Made by a program: the position numbers and the translations under genes | Assembly: GCA_013416795.1 (NCBI GenBank) | Contig: RQSC01001393.1 | Coordinates: 11,368 to 75,367 of the forward strand | From: Prasinococcaceae sp. CCMP 1430 | Taxonomy: Eukaryota; Plantae; Prasinodermophyta | Length of the DNA: 64,000 nucleotides | Direction of reading: 5' to 3' | Shown: positions 10,678-22,000 of the stretch, piece by piece | How the letters are laid out: the number at the start of each line of letters is the position of its first letter | Position numbering within the stretch: position 1 is the first letter of the stretch | Notes under the pieces: generated by a model | Seen by the model: the letters and a program-made list of their open reading frames with translations, nothing else | Databases searched by the model: none | Told to the model about the DNA's origin: nothing

Positions 10678-11313
10678 TCACAACCGCGTCATGAGGGCCA
10701 GCACAGCCTTGGCGGCGGCGCGCGTGCCCGTGTACGCGGCATTCTCAAGCGTCGGCGCGGAAGGGTCGCCAGCGCCGAAGGTGTCGCCAGCATGCGCGTG
10801 GGATCCCTCGCTGCTGTCAGTCACCGCCGGGCCGGCGGCAGCCACGTCGCGCAGCATGCGGTAGAGCGCCCGCAGCTCGTCGCGCTCAGGGTCAGGACGG
10901 CCTCGGTCGCCCGCATCGACGCGCCCGTGCGATTCGCCTGCCGTGCGCATGCCGGAATGCCCCGCGCCGCCCGTCGCGTGCAGCTCCCGCAGGCAGTCCT
11001 CGTAGTGCTCTGAGAGGGCGGCACGCGCGCCGGCAAGAGCGGGGCGCATCGCCTCGCGGCCGAGCACGGCCGCCGCTGCCTCAGCTGCTGCGCCCGCGGC
11101 GATGCTAACCGCCGGCGCTGCCAGCGACGGTCGTGCGCGAGCATCCACCATGGCTCCGCGCAGCGCGGCCAGGTGGTCCCCCGCCCCCTCCTGGGGCGCC
11201 GCCTCGCCAGCCGCAGCGGCCACGCGCCCCAGCACAGACTCGAATCCCAGGCCTGCCCGCAGCGCGCTTGCACGCGCCGCCGCCGCGAAGCGCCCGCCGG
11301 CACACGCCGACAT
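10678..11313 (-). CDS. Hypothetical alanine-rich protein
   Basis: Long open frame with a helical, protein-like composition (FESVLGRV..., LSEHYEDCLRELH, DELRALYRMLRDV). It fills the space between SmE and the ALKBH gene. No family recognised, and both ends are uncertain. Confidence 0.5.
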   Translation of the reverse strand: MSACAGGRFAAAARASALRAGLGFESVLGRVAAAAGEAAPQEGAGDHLAALRGAMVDARARPSLAAPAVSIAAGAAAEAAAAVLGREAMRPALAGARAALSEHYEDCLRELHATGGAGHSGMRTAGESHGRVDAGDRGRPDPERDELRALYRMLRDVAAAGPAVTDSSEGSHAHAGDTFGAGDPSAPTLENAAYTGTRAAAKAVLALMTRL

Positions 11314-11685
11314 GGCAGCGCGCGCGTCAAGGCGGCGGAGAGCGAGCGCGCTCGCGGGCAAGCGCGCCCTTCCCACGGTTCCTGCGCGGGAAGCCGCCCC
11401 CGCCGCAGCCAGCGCGCGTGTGGCGCCCCCGTCTGAGGCCCCGCGCCGGTCGCTCACCGAGCGCGCGCTGATGCATTGAAATTGATGGAGACACGTTTCA
11501 TGGTGAAAACGCATGCAGACTACACGAAGCTCGCGCGGCTCCACACCGCGCGCGCGCAGAGCTGCTGCTGCTCCCCTCGCCGCCGCAACCGCCGCAGCAG
11601 CAGTGCCAGCTGCCTTCGACCCCGACCTTCCTCCTCGGCCGATGCGTTGCTGCGCGCTGCGCGCGAACGCGAGCGCGGGCACAGC

Positions 11686-12444
11686 ATGTCGCGGGCGGCG
11701 GCGGCGGGCGGCGGCGGCAGTGAGTCCCTCCCGCCGAGCGTACGCCTCGTGGACGGCTTCGTCACGGAAGCCGAGGAAGCGGCGCTGCTCGAGGGCGCGT
11801 GGGCGCGGCGAGGCTGGCGGCGCGTGGCGGGAAGACGCGCGCTCGCGATGGGCGGCACGCCCAGCCCGAACGGCTTCGTCGGCGAGAGTCTGCCGCGTTT
11901 CTTACGCACTCTGTGCGAGCGGGTGAGCGAAGAGGCGCAGCAGGTGGGCGGCACGGACGCTCTAGGTGGGCTTCGCATAAACCACGTGCTCGCCAACGCG
12001 TACGCGCCCGGTGAGGGCATCCTCCCGCACAAAGACGGGCCCTGCTACGCGCCGTGTGCAGCAATCGTCTCGCTCGGCGCGGGCGAGGCCACGATGGACT
12101 TCGTGCCGATACCCCCTGGAGGAGGCACGGCCGTGCGTGGAAATGAGCGGGCCGGCTGCGACGGCGGCAGAAACGACGGGCGCGATACCGCGGGCGCACG
12201 CGCTGAGCAGGAAATTGGTTGTACCGAGGCGCGGGCAGCGTTGGCATCGCCGCCGCCGGCGTTCTCCGTGCGTCTACCGCGGCGCTCGCTGCTCGTCTTC
12301 AGCGGCGCTGCCTACCTTTCCATGATGCACGGTGTGCGCGCGTGCGACGGACCTGGCGTGCGCGTGAGCCTGACGCTGCGGCACGCTCGCGGCAAGACAG
12401 AGAGAGACGCGCCCAAGTGGGCGCCAAGGCTGGGCGCGCGCTGA
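11686..12444 (+). CDS. AlkB-family 2OG-Fe(II) dioxygenase (ALKBH6-like)
   Basis: LVDGFVTEAEEAALL, NHVLANAYAPGEGILPHKDGP (HxD), SLLVFSGAAYLSMMHGV (distal His) and RVSLTLR (RxSxTxR). Confidence 0.9.
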   Translation: MSRAAAAGGGGSESLPPSVRLVDGFVTEAEEAALLEGAWARRGWRRVAGRRALAMGGTPSPNGFVGESLPRFLRTLCERVSEEAQQVGGTDALGGLRINHVLANAYAPGEGILPHKDGPCYAPCAAIVSLGAGEATMDFVPIPPGGGTAVRGNERAGCDGGRNDGRDTAGARAEQEIGCTEARAALASPPPAFSVRLPRRSLLVFSGAAYLSMMHGVRACDGPGVRVSLTLRHARGKTERDAPKWAPRLGAR

Positions 12445-12524
12445 GGAGGAATGCCCCGAGCCGCTGCGCCGCTGCGCCGTGGGGACCGCAATGACTCAAC
12501 GAGGTGTACGACCTCCTGCGAGTA

Positions 12525-13679
12525 TCATTCAATTGCCTCGGAGAGGGTGCGCAAGAAGGCCTCGTCGGCGGCGCGTGCAGCGGAGTCGTCGATCTCTCGA
12601 AAGTGTAACAGCACGACCTCGAGGCCGTCAGCGCCCGGGTAGCGCGCCACCTCGGCGGCGGCTCGGCCGGCGGCGTGCGCCGCCCATCGCTTGGGGTTGC
12701 CGAACACACCCGCGCCGACGAACGTGAGGAAACAGCGCGGCGCTCTCAGCGTGGCTGCGGACAGCACGCAGTGCTCGTATGATGCCTCCAGGAGCGGCCT
12801 CGCGAAGGGCTCCCACTCTTCCGCAGTCAGGTCCCGCTCGTCGTACGCAATTGCCGCAGCGGCGCAGTAGCACTGATGCACGAGGTGCGGCCGGCCGGCC
12901 CTCCGCCGCTGCCGCTGGGCACACGGGTGCGTCTCCCTGAACAGCACCTCCGTGTCGGTCTGCAGCCCCACGCGCGTTGCTGCTCGCAGCTCGGCCTCGC
13001 GCTCTGCGCAGCGCCGCGCAAAGTCGGCGTCGAACGCCCTCGCCGACAGCAGGTATCCGTTTTGCCGCCGAAGGTACCCCCCTATGCCCGCCGCCTGCAC
13101 CGCGTCACGCACCGAGTCGCAAGTCGACACCCCGCCCTGGGTCGCCGGATCCCAGTTTAGCACGTAGTTGCGGGCAAGGGTCCCAGCTGCGCACACGACA
13201 GCGCATGCCGGCCCCTGCGTCCGGTCCGCGCCGTAGTACGTGATCCCGTCCGCCGGGGCGTATCCCGAGCTCGCAGGGTGTTCGAGGTAGTTGCACTGCG
13301 ACGCCGCCTGGAAGAGGCAGCCCGCGTTGGCCTCGTCGGCGTGCTCTGCCGCGACCGAGTTCGTCGCGCGATGACTCAGCTTGACTCTCCCCTTCCTCGG
13401 CACGCTCTCTTCCGCGCCGAGCGCCGCCGCGGCCGCTTCCCTCGCTTCCTGGAGCGTCGGCTCGGCAAATGCCCCAGCTAGGAGCCTCTCTCCCGTTCGC
13501 TTGACGACGACCGTGGTCGTCGGCAGCGCCGCGCCACCTCCGGGCGCTGTCGAGGCTCGGGCGGGCGCTCCCCCGGCGGCCTCGAACGACAACGGCCCCT
13601 GCCCTCGCGCCACCTCGGCCGGGCGCTCGGGCTCCCCCGCAGCGAGGATGGAGAAGAAGTCGCCGGCGGCGCCCCCCAT
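12525..13679 (-). CDS. Hypothetical enzyme, putative macrodomain/PARG-like fold
   Basis: 384-aa intronless ORF with conserved-looking blocks FQAASQCNYLE, DGITYYGADRTQGPAC, VHQCYCAA, YEHCVLSA and FLTFVGAGVFGN. The GxGxFG loop resembles the macrodomain/PARG diphosphate-binding loop. The fold is my inference. Confidence 0.7.
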   Translation of the reverse strand: MGGAAGDFFSILAAGEPERPAEVARGQGPLSFEAAGGAPARASTAPGGGAALPTTTVVVKRTGERLLAGAFAEPTLQEAREAAAAALGAEESVPRKGRVKLSHRATNSVAAEHADEANAGCLFQAASQCNYLEHPASSGYAPADGITYYGADRTQGPACAVVCAAGTLARNYVLNWDPATQGGVSTCDSVRDAVQAAGIGGYLRRQNGYLLSARAFDADFARRCAEREAELRAATRVGLQTDTEVLFRETHPCAQRQRRRAGRPHLVHQCYCAAAAIAYDERDLTAEEWEPFARPLLEASYEHCVLSAATLRAPRCFLTFVGAGVFGNPKRWAAHAAGRAAAEVARYPGADGLEVVLLHFREIDDSAARAADEAFLRTLSEAIE

Positions 13680-13729
13680 CGCTGGCGCCCGTCTCCCCCG
13701 CCGGCGCGACGCGCGCCGCGGTCGCGCCN

Positions 13730-14270
13730 GGTCGGGGGTGCTGGGGCTCGTGACGTTCATGTCTGCGCTGCCGGTGGGGGTGATGATCGACGCAGGCGTG
13801 CTGCGCCGGCAGCGCCTCCTGCGTGCCGCGGGCGTGCTCGGCGCGTGCTCGGCGGTGGCGTTTGCGGCGGTACTCATCGTGGGCGGCGGCTTGCGAAACG
13901 CCGAGGCCGGGGGCGACGGCAAGCGTGTCTTCGGCGCGCTCTGCGCCGCGCTCGCACTGTGGGGGCTCTTCACAGGCGTGCAGAGCGTCTCCGTCGAGAC
14001 GACCTTCGCGGACAGCGTGCCCACTGGCCACCGCTCGCTGTTGTACACCTACAAGTCCTCGCTGCGCACCGCAGGCAACTCGGTGGGGCCGCTCACGTCC
14101 ATCCCCATCTTCGCCGCCCTCGGCGGACAGTGGCGCACGAAGGACCTGACCATAGTGATGCTGGTCGGGCAGGCGATATCGCTGCTGCCTTGCGCGATGC
14201 TTTTCATGTTCAGGGACAGCGACACGCTCGGCCAGGAGAGCGAGGCGCTCCCGACCTCCGCGCTGCGGCG
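13730..14270 (+). CDS. MFS transporter fragment (N-terminal half, about 4-5 TM helices)
   Basis: Begins at the single N (13729). Hydrophobic helices plus an MFS-like loop ([46 protein letters not shown]). The second MFS half is absent, and the sequence runs into the UMP kinase gene in another frame. Confidence 0.7.
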
Positions 14271-14354
14271 GCGGCGGGGCGCCAGGCGGGGCGAGCGCGA
14301 CCCTTGCGGCCGGCGCCGCGCGCGAGAGAGGGTGTGTGTGCGAGCGCGGCGCAA

Positions 14355-15218
14355 ATGGGTGTCGCTGGCGGCGACGATGGGGCGTACACGGACGATGACG
14401 ACAGCACTGGCGAGGCGATTGCCGAGCAGATGCGCCTGCGAGAGGCCGCCGGCGTGTCGACGCCCGAGGCCGCGGGCCCGCCGCCGATGTGGAGCCGCGT
14501 GCTGCTCAAGGTGAGCGGCGAGGCCCTGCGCGGCGCCAACGACGGCGGCATCGACCCCGCGCGCGTGCACGACATCGCGGTGGAGGTGGCCGGCGCGGTG
14601 CAGGCGGGCGTGCAGGTGGCCATCGTAGTGGGCGGCGGCAACTTCATCCGGGGCCGCGAGCTCTCCGAGGGCGGGATGGACCGCGCCTCCGCCGACTACA
14701 TGGGCATGCTCGCCACGGTCATGAACTCGCTCAGCCTGCAGGCGGCGCTCGAGGGCGTGGGCGTGCCCACGCGCGTGCAAACGGCCATCGAGATGCGCCA
14801 GGTGGCCGAGCCGTACATCCGGCGCAAGGCCATTCGCCACCTCGAGCGCGGCCGCGTCGTCATCTTCGGCGCGGGCACGGGCAACCCCTTCTTCTCCACG
14901 GACACCTGCGCCGCGCTGCGCGCCGCCGAGATCAACGCCGAGTGCGTGCTCAAGGCGACCAACGTCGAGGGCATCTTCGACAAGGACCCGCGCAAGCACG
15001 CCGACGCCTCGTGCTACGACTTTGTCACCTACCGCACCGTGGTGGAGGCCAAGCTGAGCGCCACCGACCTGACGGCCATCACGCTGTGCGAGGAGAACTC
15101 GTTGCCGCTGGTGCTCTTCGACATGGGCCGCAGCGGCAACATCCTGCGCGCGGTGCTCAAGGGGGACGTCGGCACGCTCGTCGCGCATGAGGACACGCGG
15201 GGGAAGGCGTCGCAGTGA
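14355..15218 (+). CDS. pyrH: Uridylate (UMP) kinase, bacterial/plastid type
   Basis: [59 protein letters not shown] and [14 protein letters not shown]. The N-terminus (transit peptide) probably extends upstream of the ATG at 14355. Confidence 0.96.
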   Translation: MGVAGGDDGAYTDDDDSTGEAIAEQMRLREAAGVSTPEAAGPPPMWSRVLLKVSGEALRGANDGGIDPARVHDIAVEVAGAVQAGVQVAIVVGGGNFIRGRELSEGGMDRASADYMGMLATVMNSLSLQAALEGVGVPTRVQTAIEMRQVAEPYIRRKAIRHLERGRVVIFGAGTGNPFFSTDTCAALRAAEINAECVLKATNVEGIFDKDPRKHADASCYDFVTYRTVVEAKLSATDLTAITLCEENSLPLVLFDMGRSGNILRAVLKGDVGTLVAHEDTRGKASQ

Positions 15219-15590
15219 CGCGATGCGGGCGGGCGCCCGAGGCGACAGCCGCCGCTCGGCGCACGGCGCGGCGCGCGGCGCGCGGTAAGCCTCGCCAATC
15301 TCTGCCGCCGCGCGCGCGAGCACCAGAGCGCGGCGCCGCCGCCACGCAACGCAACGCCGCGCCACGCCACGCAACGCGCAGACATCCCCACCCTCTGGCC
15401 ACCGCCGCCTTCGCGCGCGCGACTGCTCCGCGGGCGCCCAGACAGCCGCGGCCGTCGGCGCCCATGGGCACTGGCCTGCGCTCCGCCCCTCGCTCCACTC
15501 CCCAGGCCCAGCCCGCGGGGACGACACACCACGCGCGGAGACCTCCGCGCGGACCGACCCCTCTCGAAAGCCGCAACTCTTTGCTGCATG

Positions 15591-15618
15591 GTTTGGGTTA
15601 GGGTTAGGGTTCAGGTTA
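15591..15618 (+). repeat. Interstitial telomere-like repeat
   Basis: gtttgggttagggttagggttcaggtta contains two perfect TTAGGG units flanked by degenerate ones. Confidence 0.65.
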
Positions 15619-15648
15619 CCACAAGCGTATCGGTAGACTACACTGTAC

Positions 15649-15718
15649 GTAGACTCCTGTAGTACAATCGGATAGTACTACCCAGATGGGAATGTACAGT
15701 AGTACTACAGTCGTCTAC
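15649..15718. repeat. 70-bp imperfect inverted repeat (hairpin)
   Basis: 15649-15665 (gtagactcctgtagtac) pairs with 15702-15718 (reverse complement gtagacgactgtagtac) at 15 of 17 positions. Confidence 0.7.
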
Positions 15719-16385
15719 CTGCACACGCATGCACAGGTGATGATGGCCGATCGATGAGTGCAGGCTCATTGCCGGTGCGACGCCCATGAGTTGGCGAGAC
15801 GTAGGCGTCGGGCGCCGCCCCCTGTCCCGCCCGCAAGGCGCCTGCGATGCGACCTCGCCGCGGCGTGATTGATGGGATCGAAGGGCGATCATTGGCGTTT
15901 TGCTCGCAGCCAGCAATTGATTGACTCCACTCAATGAGTCACCAAACAATTGCGTGCAATGACATCGGCCGTACCGCGACCTTTCCAAACGCCACGTGAT
16001 GATGACGGTGCCAAGGAAAGGCGCGGGAGAAGGAGGCTGGCAGCCTCTGGCAGGGAGCACAGTTGACGGCCGCACGCCGCAATGAGCGTGCGGTCAGAAG
16101 AGGCTGGAAAGTGGGGCAGCGCGGCGGCAGCGCGCCCGCAGCGCTGCGCACCAGACGGCGGCGGCCGTCGCCGCGTGGCACACGGCGCACGCGCTACGCG
16201 GCGGTCACGGGCCTGCGCCCCACCCCAACGCCCCTTTTTCCACAGCGTCCAGCCTCCAAGCGCTGCTCGCGCCGGCGGCGGGGTGGGGGTGGTGTGTGTG
16301 TGAGTGTCGGAGGGGAGCCAGTGCATCGCGTGCGAGCGAGGGGCGTGTGCGCGTCAGTGCTGCTGTCCGCGAGCTCGGCGTAGCG

Positions 16386-17401
16386 ATGGGCATCCGCGGC
16401 AGCAAGCAGGCGCGGGGGGAGGCGGCCGGCGACGACGGGTCCGAGCGAGCCAAGGCGCCGTCGCCGGTGAGACCTCAGGCTCTCAAGCGCCCGTCCCGAG
16501 CCGGCGCGGCGGGCCACCCGTGGCATGATCTGGTGAGTACTAGGTGCCGACAGGCGCGCAAGTTGTGCGCGCGCGCGCGTGCCCGCCGCCGCGTGCTCGC
16601 TGCATGTTCTGACAAGAGCGGCGAACGCCCCTCGCACCGTCACGCGCATTTTTAAATCCCTGCGCGCATGCAACAAACGCGCGGCAGAGCCCTGGTGAAG
16701 GCGTCCCCCACATCGTCAACGCCGTCATCGAGGTGCCGGCAGGCAGCAAGTGCAAATACGAGCTCGACAAAGAGACCGGCATGATTGTGTTGGACAGGAT
16801 TTTGTTTTCGAGCGTGGTGTACCCTCACAACTATGGTTTCATCCCTCAGACTTTGTGCGAAGACCACGACCCTCTCGACATCCTCGTGCTGTGCCAGTTT
16901 CCGATCGCCCCGGGGGCGTTCTGCCGCGCCAAGCCCATCGGCGTGATGCACATGCTGGATGCGGGCGAGCAGGACGACAAGATCATTGCTGTGGCCGCAG
17001 ACGACCCCCAGTTCTCGCACTATGCCGATGTCTCCGAGCTTCCAGCACACATGCTCAAGGAGATCACGAACTTCTTCTCGACCTACAAGATGCTGCAAAA
17101 TAAGAAGGTGATCGTGAACGAGGAGATCCAGAGCCGCAAGCAGGCACTCATAGTGACGCGCGATGCCATCAAGACGTACGCCGTGTCGTTGGCAGAGGGC
17201 CAGAAGCAGGACAATCGCGCGCTCTTCGAGGCCTCTGAGGGGTCAATCAAGCGCACCCCGGCGAGCTATCAGAGTCTCGCGAGCTTGGCGACAAGCAGCG
17301 ACGACGACCTCCCCGGCGGCTCTGCCGTCACCGGAAAGGCGCCGCCGAGCAAACCGCCAGCGAAAGGCAGCCCGCCCAAAGCTGGGGCAAGGCCGTCGTG
17401 A
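16386..17401 (+). CDS. ppa: Soluble inorganic pyrophosphatase (family I)
   Basis: Exons 16386-16532 and 16688-17401 give HPWHDL/..[60 protein letters not shown] and NFFSTYK. It has an MGIRGS N-terminus and a low-complexity C-terminal tail. Confidence 0.96.
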
Positions 17402-17700
17402 CGATCGCGTCGCTGGGATTCTGTGCATGAAAATAAACTCAAGTCGCGTGCGTCCGGCACGGGCACGTAGATGGCGGCCAGGTCTAGCTGGAGGACGGTG
17501 CCTCTGGTACCTACCAGGTACCTGTACCTGTGACCAGAAGTGGAAACGTTCATTGCACCATCGTCCGGGCACACTGCTGATGCCAAGCTTGAGGTGGTCA
17601 ACATCAAAGCATGCTAATGAGACATCCAATTTACATGGCACAGAGCGGAGCGCAGGGCATGAGCAGAGCGCGAGCGGCTGCAGCAGCCGCATAGCAGCGC

Positions 17701-18897
17701 TTAGCCTCGCCGAGCGCCGCCGGCGCCGCCACCCGCCTCGAGCGCACGCAGGTCGCTTGAGGAAATCTTGGGGGCCTCCGCGTCGCCGTCGCCGCCGCCG
17801 ATTAGGTCGCAGACGACGAGTGCAACCGGCGGCATGCCCTGCGCTGCTCGCGCTGCGTTGATGGGCGCACAGGCCGCCTCCGTCTCCGCGCTCACCACAA
17901 GCGCCTCCATCCCGCGCATCGTCTGCGCCAGCGGCGGTTCTGCGGCAGTGAGCTCGCTGGTGTGTACGGCGCCAATATCGGGGCGCACGGCTCGCATGTA
18001 CGCGATGGCGGCGTCGCGGCGTGCCCCGAAGCGCTGCAGCAGCTCCTTGTGCGCCTGTAGCGAGCGCACGAGCGCGTGAGAGAGGAGGGGGGGGGGGTAG
18101 GGGAGAGAGAGAGGGGCACACGCGCACACACGCAGAGTTACGAGTCAGCGAGCGCCTACCGCGGTCTTACCCGCTCGCTCTTTTCGGCCACGGCACGCGC
18201 TACCTTTCCAACCGCGCACCTTGCTGACCAACAGCGAGTCACCTGTCACACCCACGTAGGCGGTGCCACCAGCGGCGACGCATGCGGCCGCGCTTGCGAG
18301 CAGCAGACGATGGCCCGCGTGCAACCGGTCGAATGTGCCGCCGACGGCAACGTGCTCGCATGGCAGGGCGAGGCCTTCCGCCACCTTTGCCACGGAGGGG
18401 GCAGCGGGACTTTCGGCGTTGCTGGCGCTGTCAGCGAGCTCGCCGCTGTCGGGGAGGTCGTGCCCGCATGCACGGAGCAGCGGCAGCACGTCGACCTCTG
18501 GCCCGCCGCCGCGCGCGGCCGCCCCGATCACGGCCGCGAGTGCGCGCAGCGTGGGCTCACCGACGCTCTCGGCAGGTGGACCTTCCAAGGCGACCGTCAA
18601 GCGCGCGCACGTGCCGCCGCCCGCAACCGCTGCGGCCGCGGCGGCGGCGACAGCATCGGCGGCGCCCNGTTCGGAGGTTACCTCCACCGTGTCGGCCGAC
18701 CGGAAGGAGCGCTTCGACGACATGTGCGCGCTGGCGTCGGCGCCGGACGCCTGGACGCCGGCGGCGGCGCCGGCGGCGGCGGCGGCGGCGGAGGGCGGGG
18801 TGGAGGGCGCTTCATGAGAGCGGGAGAGCGACCCGTCGAGGTGCGTTGGCCCCCGCGCAGCGCGCGCGGCCGCCGCTGCGGTTGCGGCGGAGCGCAT
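17701..18897 (-). CDS. coaD: Phosphopantetheine adenylyltransferase (cytidylyltransferase-like)
   Basis: HVAVGGTFDRLHAGHRLLL, VGVTGDSLLVSK/, ALVVSAET, INAARAAQGMPPV and KISSSDLR. Intron at 18055-18219. The CDS contains a single N at 18668, and the start is uncertain. Confidence 0.92.
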
Positions 18898-19029
18898 GCT
18901 GACGCGCACGAGCGTTGGCGGGCACGATCACGTGCATGACGTACCGCTCGCATCCCACGCGCCCCTGCGCTGCTCGCGCGCGCCGTTGGCTGGCGCCCTG
19001 CGGCGAGCTGTGCCGCCCCGCAGGAGTCG

Positions 19030-22000
19030 ATGCGCATCGACATCTCGTCCATGCTGCGCGCGTTCCAGGAGGGCTCCGAGGAGACCTTCGTGTTTCCTCC
19101 GGGGCTGTCCAATCACGACCGCGCGGTGGTGCACGCGGAGTGCAAGAAGTACGGCTTCACATCCAAGTCGCATGGCAAAGGCGAGTCTCGCCGCGTGACG
19201 GTCACGCGGCCGCGCGCGGCTGCGAGCGCAGCGCTGCAGGAGGCGACGCCGCTTGGTGCGTCGCAAGATGTGGTCGGCGCGCTCGTTGAGTACTTCGCCG
19301 CGCACCCGCCTACTCAGCACGAGCTGGCCGCCGTGCAGGCCGAGTCAATGCCGGGTGGCGAGGCGGCCGCAGCGATGGACGGTGGTGGACGGGCGCACCG
19401 CGGCGGCGGCGGCGGCGACCCGCTCGGCGGGCAGTCCCCAGTCGCGGGCGAGGCGCTCGCGGTGGCGCATGCGCAATTCGAGGCGCGTTGTACCGCCGAC
19501 GCGGGCATGCGTGAGGTGCAGGCCAAGCGCCACAGTCTGCCCATCGCGAGCTACAAGAAGGAGGTGCTCGACCTGATCAATTCGCACCAGGTCATCATGA
19601 TTGCAGGCGCTACCGGCTGCGGCAAGACCACACAAGGTGCGCTGCGCTAGGCGGCCGCACGGTGCGCGCGCGGGCCACTGCAGTTGCCGTGGGATGCGCG
19701 CTGACGCGCGTGAGCACTGGCGACCGCGATCACGTGCATGAAAAAGTGCCGCAATTCCTGCTCGAGGAGGCTGGCGCGGCCGGCCTGCCTGCGCGCATCA
19801 TCGTGACGCAACCGCGCCGCATCAGCGCCATTACTGTGAGCGAGCGCGTGGCCGCCGAGCGAGGCGAGGCCGTGGGCAAGGGCACGGTGGGCTACCAGAT
19901 TCGCCTCGAGACGCGCGGCAACGCCTCAACGCCGGTCATGTTCTGCACCAACGGCGTGCTGCTGCGCAAGCTCACCTCGGACAGAGGCGGCTGCCTCGCG
20001 GGCGTTACGCACATCCTGGTGGACGAGGTGCACGAACGCGACAAGTTCGCGGACTTCCTCCTCATCGTCATCCGCGATATCCTTCCGTCGCACCCTCACC
20101 TGCGCGTGGTGCTCATGTCAGCCACGCTCAACGAGAGCGTGTTCTCGGAGTACTTCGGGGGCTGCCCAGTGGTTCGCGTGCCGGGATTCACGTACCCAGT
20201 GGAGCGATTCTTCCTGGAGGACGCGCTCAAACGCACGGGCTGGACCCCGCCAGGCCAAAAGCAGGCTCAGTCACAGCAGCTGAGCGGAGGAGCTAGCCAG
20301 GGCCTCAAGCGCGTGCTCGCACCCGAACTCGCCGCGCACCTCAACGCTCAGATCGAGCGCGTCTTCATGCTCCCCGACGCCGAGCTCGATGCAGCAGCTT
20401 CAGAGCTGCAGCTCTTCTGCGAGCAGTACGCCGCCGATGGCGCGCTCGCGCATCAGCACCCGCAGACAGGCGCCAGCGCGCTGATGGTGCTTTGCGGCAA
20501 GGGCCGCGCCCCCGAGGTCGCCGCGCTTCTCGCCGCTGGGGCTGACCCCTCGTTGAAGGCTGGCAATGGCTTCGCAGCTGCCGACTGGGCGTCGCACTTC
20601 GGTCACGCCGGTCTCGCCGCCGCGCTCGCGCAGCATGCTGCCGCGCTCGAGGCGCAGAGCAGCGGCGTGGCGGAGGAAGCCATCACGCTGTCTGCGTACC
20701 AGCTCGGGAGCAACGCGGACGAGGTGGACTCGCAGCTGGTTGTACAGCTGCTGCGCTCGCTACGCGAGGAGGCGCATGCGAAGGGTATGCTGCGTGGAGG
20801 CGAGGCGAGTGCAGTGCTGGTGTTTATGGGCGGCTGGGAAGACATAACACGCACGCGTGAGGCCATTGAGGCCGCGCGCGACCTGAGCGGCGCTGTGGCG
20901 ATCACGCCGCTACACTCGATGGTTGCTCCAGAGGAGCAGCGCAAGGCATTCAAGAGGCCGCCGCCTGGGAAAATGAAGGTCGTCCTGAGTACGAACATCG
21001 CCGAGACCGCCGTGACCATCGACGATGTCGTGTGGGTGATCGACAGCGGGCGCATGAAGGAGAAGAGCTACGACCCGTATACGGGGGTGTCGACGCTCCA
21101 GGCGGGTTGGATCTCTGCGGCGAGCGAGAAGCAGCGCGAGGGCCGCGCGGGGCGCACGCGCCCCGGCGTGTGCTACCACCTGTACTCGCGTTCGCGCTCC
21201 GCTGCGCTGGAGGAGTTCCAGGCACCTGAGCTCAAACGCACGCCGCTTGAGGAGCTATGCCTGCAGGTGCGCCTCATCACTGCCGATGAGCCTGTGGAGG
21301 AGTTCCTCGGGCGCGCCCCCGAGCCGCCTGTGTCGCAGGCTATCGAGAACGCGCTTTCTCTGCTCGAGTCTATCGGCGCGCTCGACGACTCCCAGCGCCT
21401 GACGACGCTGGGGCGCCACCTGGCCGCGTTGCCGCTCCACCCTCGCTCTGGCAAGATGGTGCTGCTGGGCGCGCTCTTTGGCTGCCTGCCGCCAATGCTG
21501 ACTGTGGCGGCGGCCACGGGGTATCGATCGCCGTTTGTGCTGCCGGCGTCGCCGGGGGCGAAGGTGGAGGCCAAGGCGGCGGTGCACCGAATGGCCGCAG
21601 AAGGGGGTGGTCGCTCCGACCACCTGGCACTCGTGGCAGCTTTTGCCGGCCACAGTGCCGCCCGCCAGCGCGGTGGGTGGTCGGCCGAGCGGGCGTACTG
21701 CGCGCAATCGTACCTGAGCGCACCGACGATGAACATGGTGTCGGGCATGCGCGACCAGCTCGGCAAGGAGCTGCACGCGCGGGGCCTGGACGAAGGCCTG
21801 CGCACCGCTGGCTACGGGTCGGAGCTAGTACGCGCAGTCATCGCCGCCGGGCTGTACCCGCAGGTGGGTCGCCTCGTGAGCCCTGCCGATGGCAACAGCC
21901 GCAGCGTCAACATCTCAACGCTGCGTGGTGAGAAGGCACGCGTGCACCAGAGCAGCGTGTGCTCCAAAGTCGATGTTCCGCGCTCGAGCCCACGCGCCGG

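Noticed and set aside
15737-16002. Box C/D snoRNA from GTGATGA heptamers
   Set aside because: No appropriately placed box D (CTGA) or terminal stem was found on the same strand.
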